From Selaginella moellendorffii (Eukaryota; Plantae; Lycopodiophyta): a DNA stretch of 64,000 nt. The DNA lies in the NCBI RefSeq assembly GCF_000143415.4, contig NW_003314455.1, forward strand, positions 13,677 to 77,676, written 5' to 3'. The translations under genes and the position numbers were made by a program. Positions 62,983 to 64,000 of the stretch are shown piece after piece (within the stretch, counting starts at the first letter, position 1; each line of letters opens with the position of its first letter). The notes beneath the pieces were generated by a model. It was not told the DNA's origin, searched no databases, and was given only the letters and a program-made list of their open reading frames with translations.

Positions 62983-63777
62983 CCGAGGCTCGAACCTTTG
63001 AGGACCGGGGCTGTGGTGCCTCTCGTCTCAGCGGCTACGAAATGGAGCCTGGTGGATTTTCTGCGCTGGGGGATCGATATGCCCGTCTCGGCTCTCTCGT
63101 GGAGCCCCTGTGGAAGGCTCTTGGCGTGTGGATCGAGCGAGACGCCGACTTTCGCAGTGTGGGACGTCTCTCTCGGGGAGAGCACACCGCTGCGACGGGG
63201 AATGGCCGGCGTCCAGTTCATGAAGTGGTCGCCGCTCGGGGACTACTTGCTCACGGCCAAAGTTGACGCGTCGTTTCATCTCTGGGAGACCATGACTTGG
63301 ACGTCCGAGCCGTGGGCCTCGGCTGGTGGAGCTCTCGTGGGCGCGGCGTGGAGTCCCGATGGCCGGATGATCATGGGTGCTTTTGATCAGAGCAGCACGC
63401 TCGGGACTTTACACTTTGCTGGGAAGCCTCCGTCGCTGGAGGTGCATTTGCTGCCTTTGGGACTCTCGGAGATAGAAGCGATTTGTGGACCCGGAGGAAG
63501 CATTGAGAGGATGGCTTGGGATGGAACAGGGGAAAGGTTGGCGGTGTCGTATACAGGTGGTGATGCTGTATACTCTGGTTTGATCGCCATCTACGACACG
63601 AGGAGAACACCGATCATATCAGCCTCGTTGCTGGGATTTGTGAGAGGTCCAGGTGCTGGTGCGAAGCCTCTGGCTTTCGCGTTTCATGATAAGCTCCGGC
63701 AGGGAGCTTTACTGGGCGTTTGCTGGAGCACGGGCTTCATCTGCGTCTATCCTATGCTCTTCAGGACGGGCATGTAG
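62983..63777 (+). pseudogene. ALADIN: Aladin (WD40 nucleoporin) C-terminal half, intronless, no in-frame start upstream
   Basis: WSLVDFLR..SALSWSPCGR..TPLRRG..KWSPLGDY..WETMTWTSEPW..YDTRRTPIISASL..CWSTG; in-frame TGA at 62980. Confidence 0.8.
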
Positions 63778-64000
63778 AGTCGTATATCATCGAGCGAAGA
63801 TATGAAGGGAGGTGAGCATTCGTTTTTACTGTTTGCATCGAAACATTTTTGAAATGAGCATTTTTCAGTCCTCGTCATTCTCGTCTCCGGTTTGCCGTGC
63901 CTGGTGCTTGTCCAACTGTTCCTGCAGATTAGCAATCGTGTCTACCAGCTTTGCATACTCCTCATGAGTATGTTTTCTGGCCGTTTCTTTTTGTCCGATA

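Overview
Eukaryotic land-plant DNA with very compact genes (introns mostly ~50-80 nt, many intergenic gaps under 300 nt). The style suggests a lycophyte such as Selaginella; this is inference from intron size, gene density and degenerate PLS-PPR content. Bases 1-7.7k are an AT-rich nest of decayed Ty3/gypsy fragments, followed by a rearranged pseudo-copy of an Alfin-like gene. At 8745-10451 lies an intact two-exon gene that is atypical for plants: ubiquitin-like header + PD-(D/E)xK nuclease-like domain + atypical kinase, the Crinkler/CR-effector architecture. This is the top candidate for an undescribed system. From 10.7 to 33.2 kb is a dense housekeeping block: Alfin-like PHD, R3H/SUZ, B-box, PFK, RPS16, NOP10, ARID-PHD, truncated bHLH-ACT, a divergent glucan-water dikinase, MND1, ERGIC and a plastid GNAT. 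From 33.8 to 47.7 kb is a dynamic cell-wall/stress island: three Ole e 1-domain genes (two with long Lys/Glu/Asp/Tyr repeats), a PPR pseudogene carrying a mini solo-LTR, a duplicated and inverted peroxidase-HSP20 cassette, an AT-rich bulb-lectin fusion gene with decayed copies, and an NHL/LEA2 gene. From 48 to 64 kb: NRT2 (Asn-to-Asp in nitrate signature 1), an orphan secreted protein, a PBL28-like RLCK, a head-to-head DCD paralogue pair, a GH17 glucanase (NE-to-YE), a germin-like protein and a 5'-truncated intronless Aladin. All calls are by eye from motifs; no searches were run.
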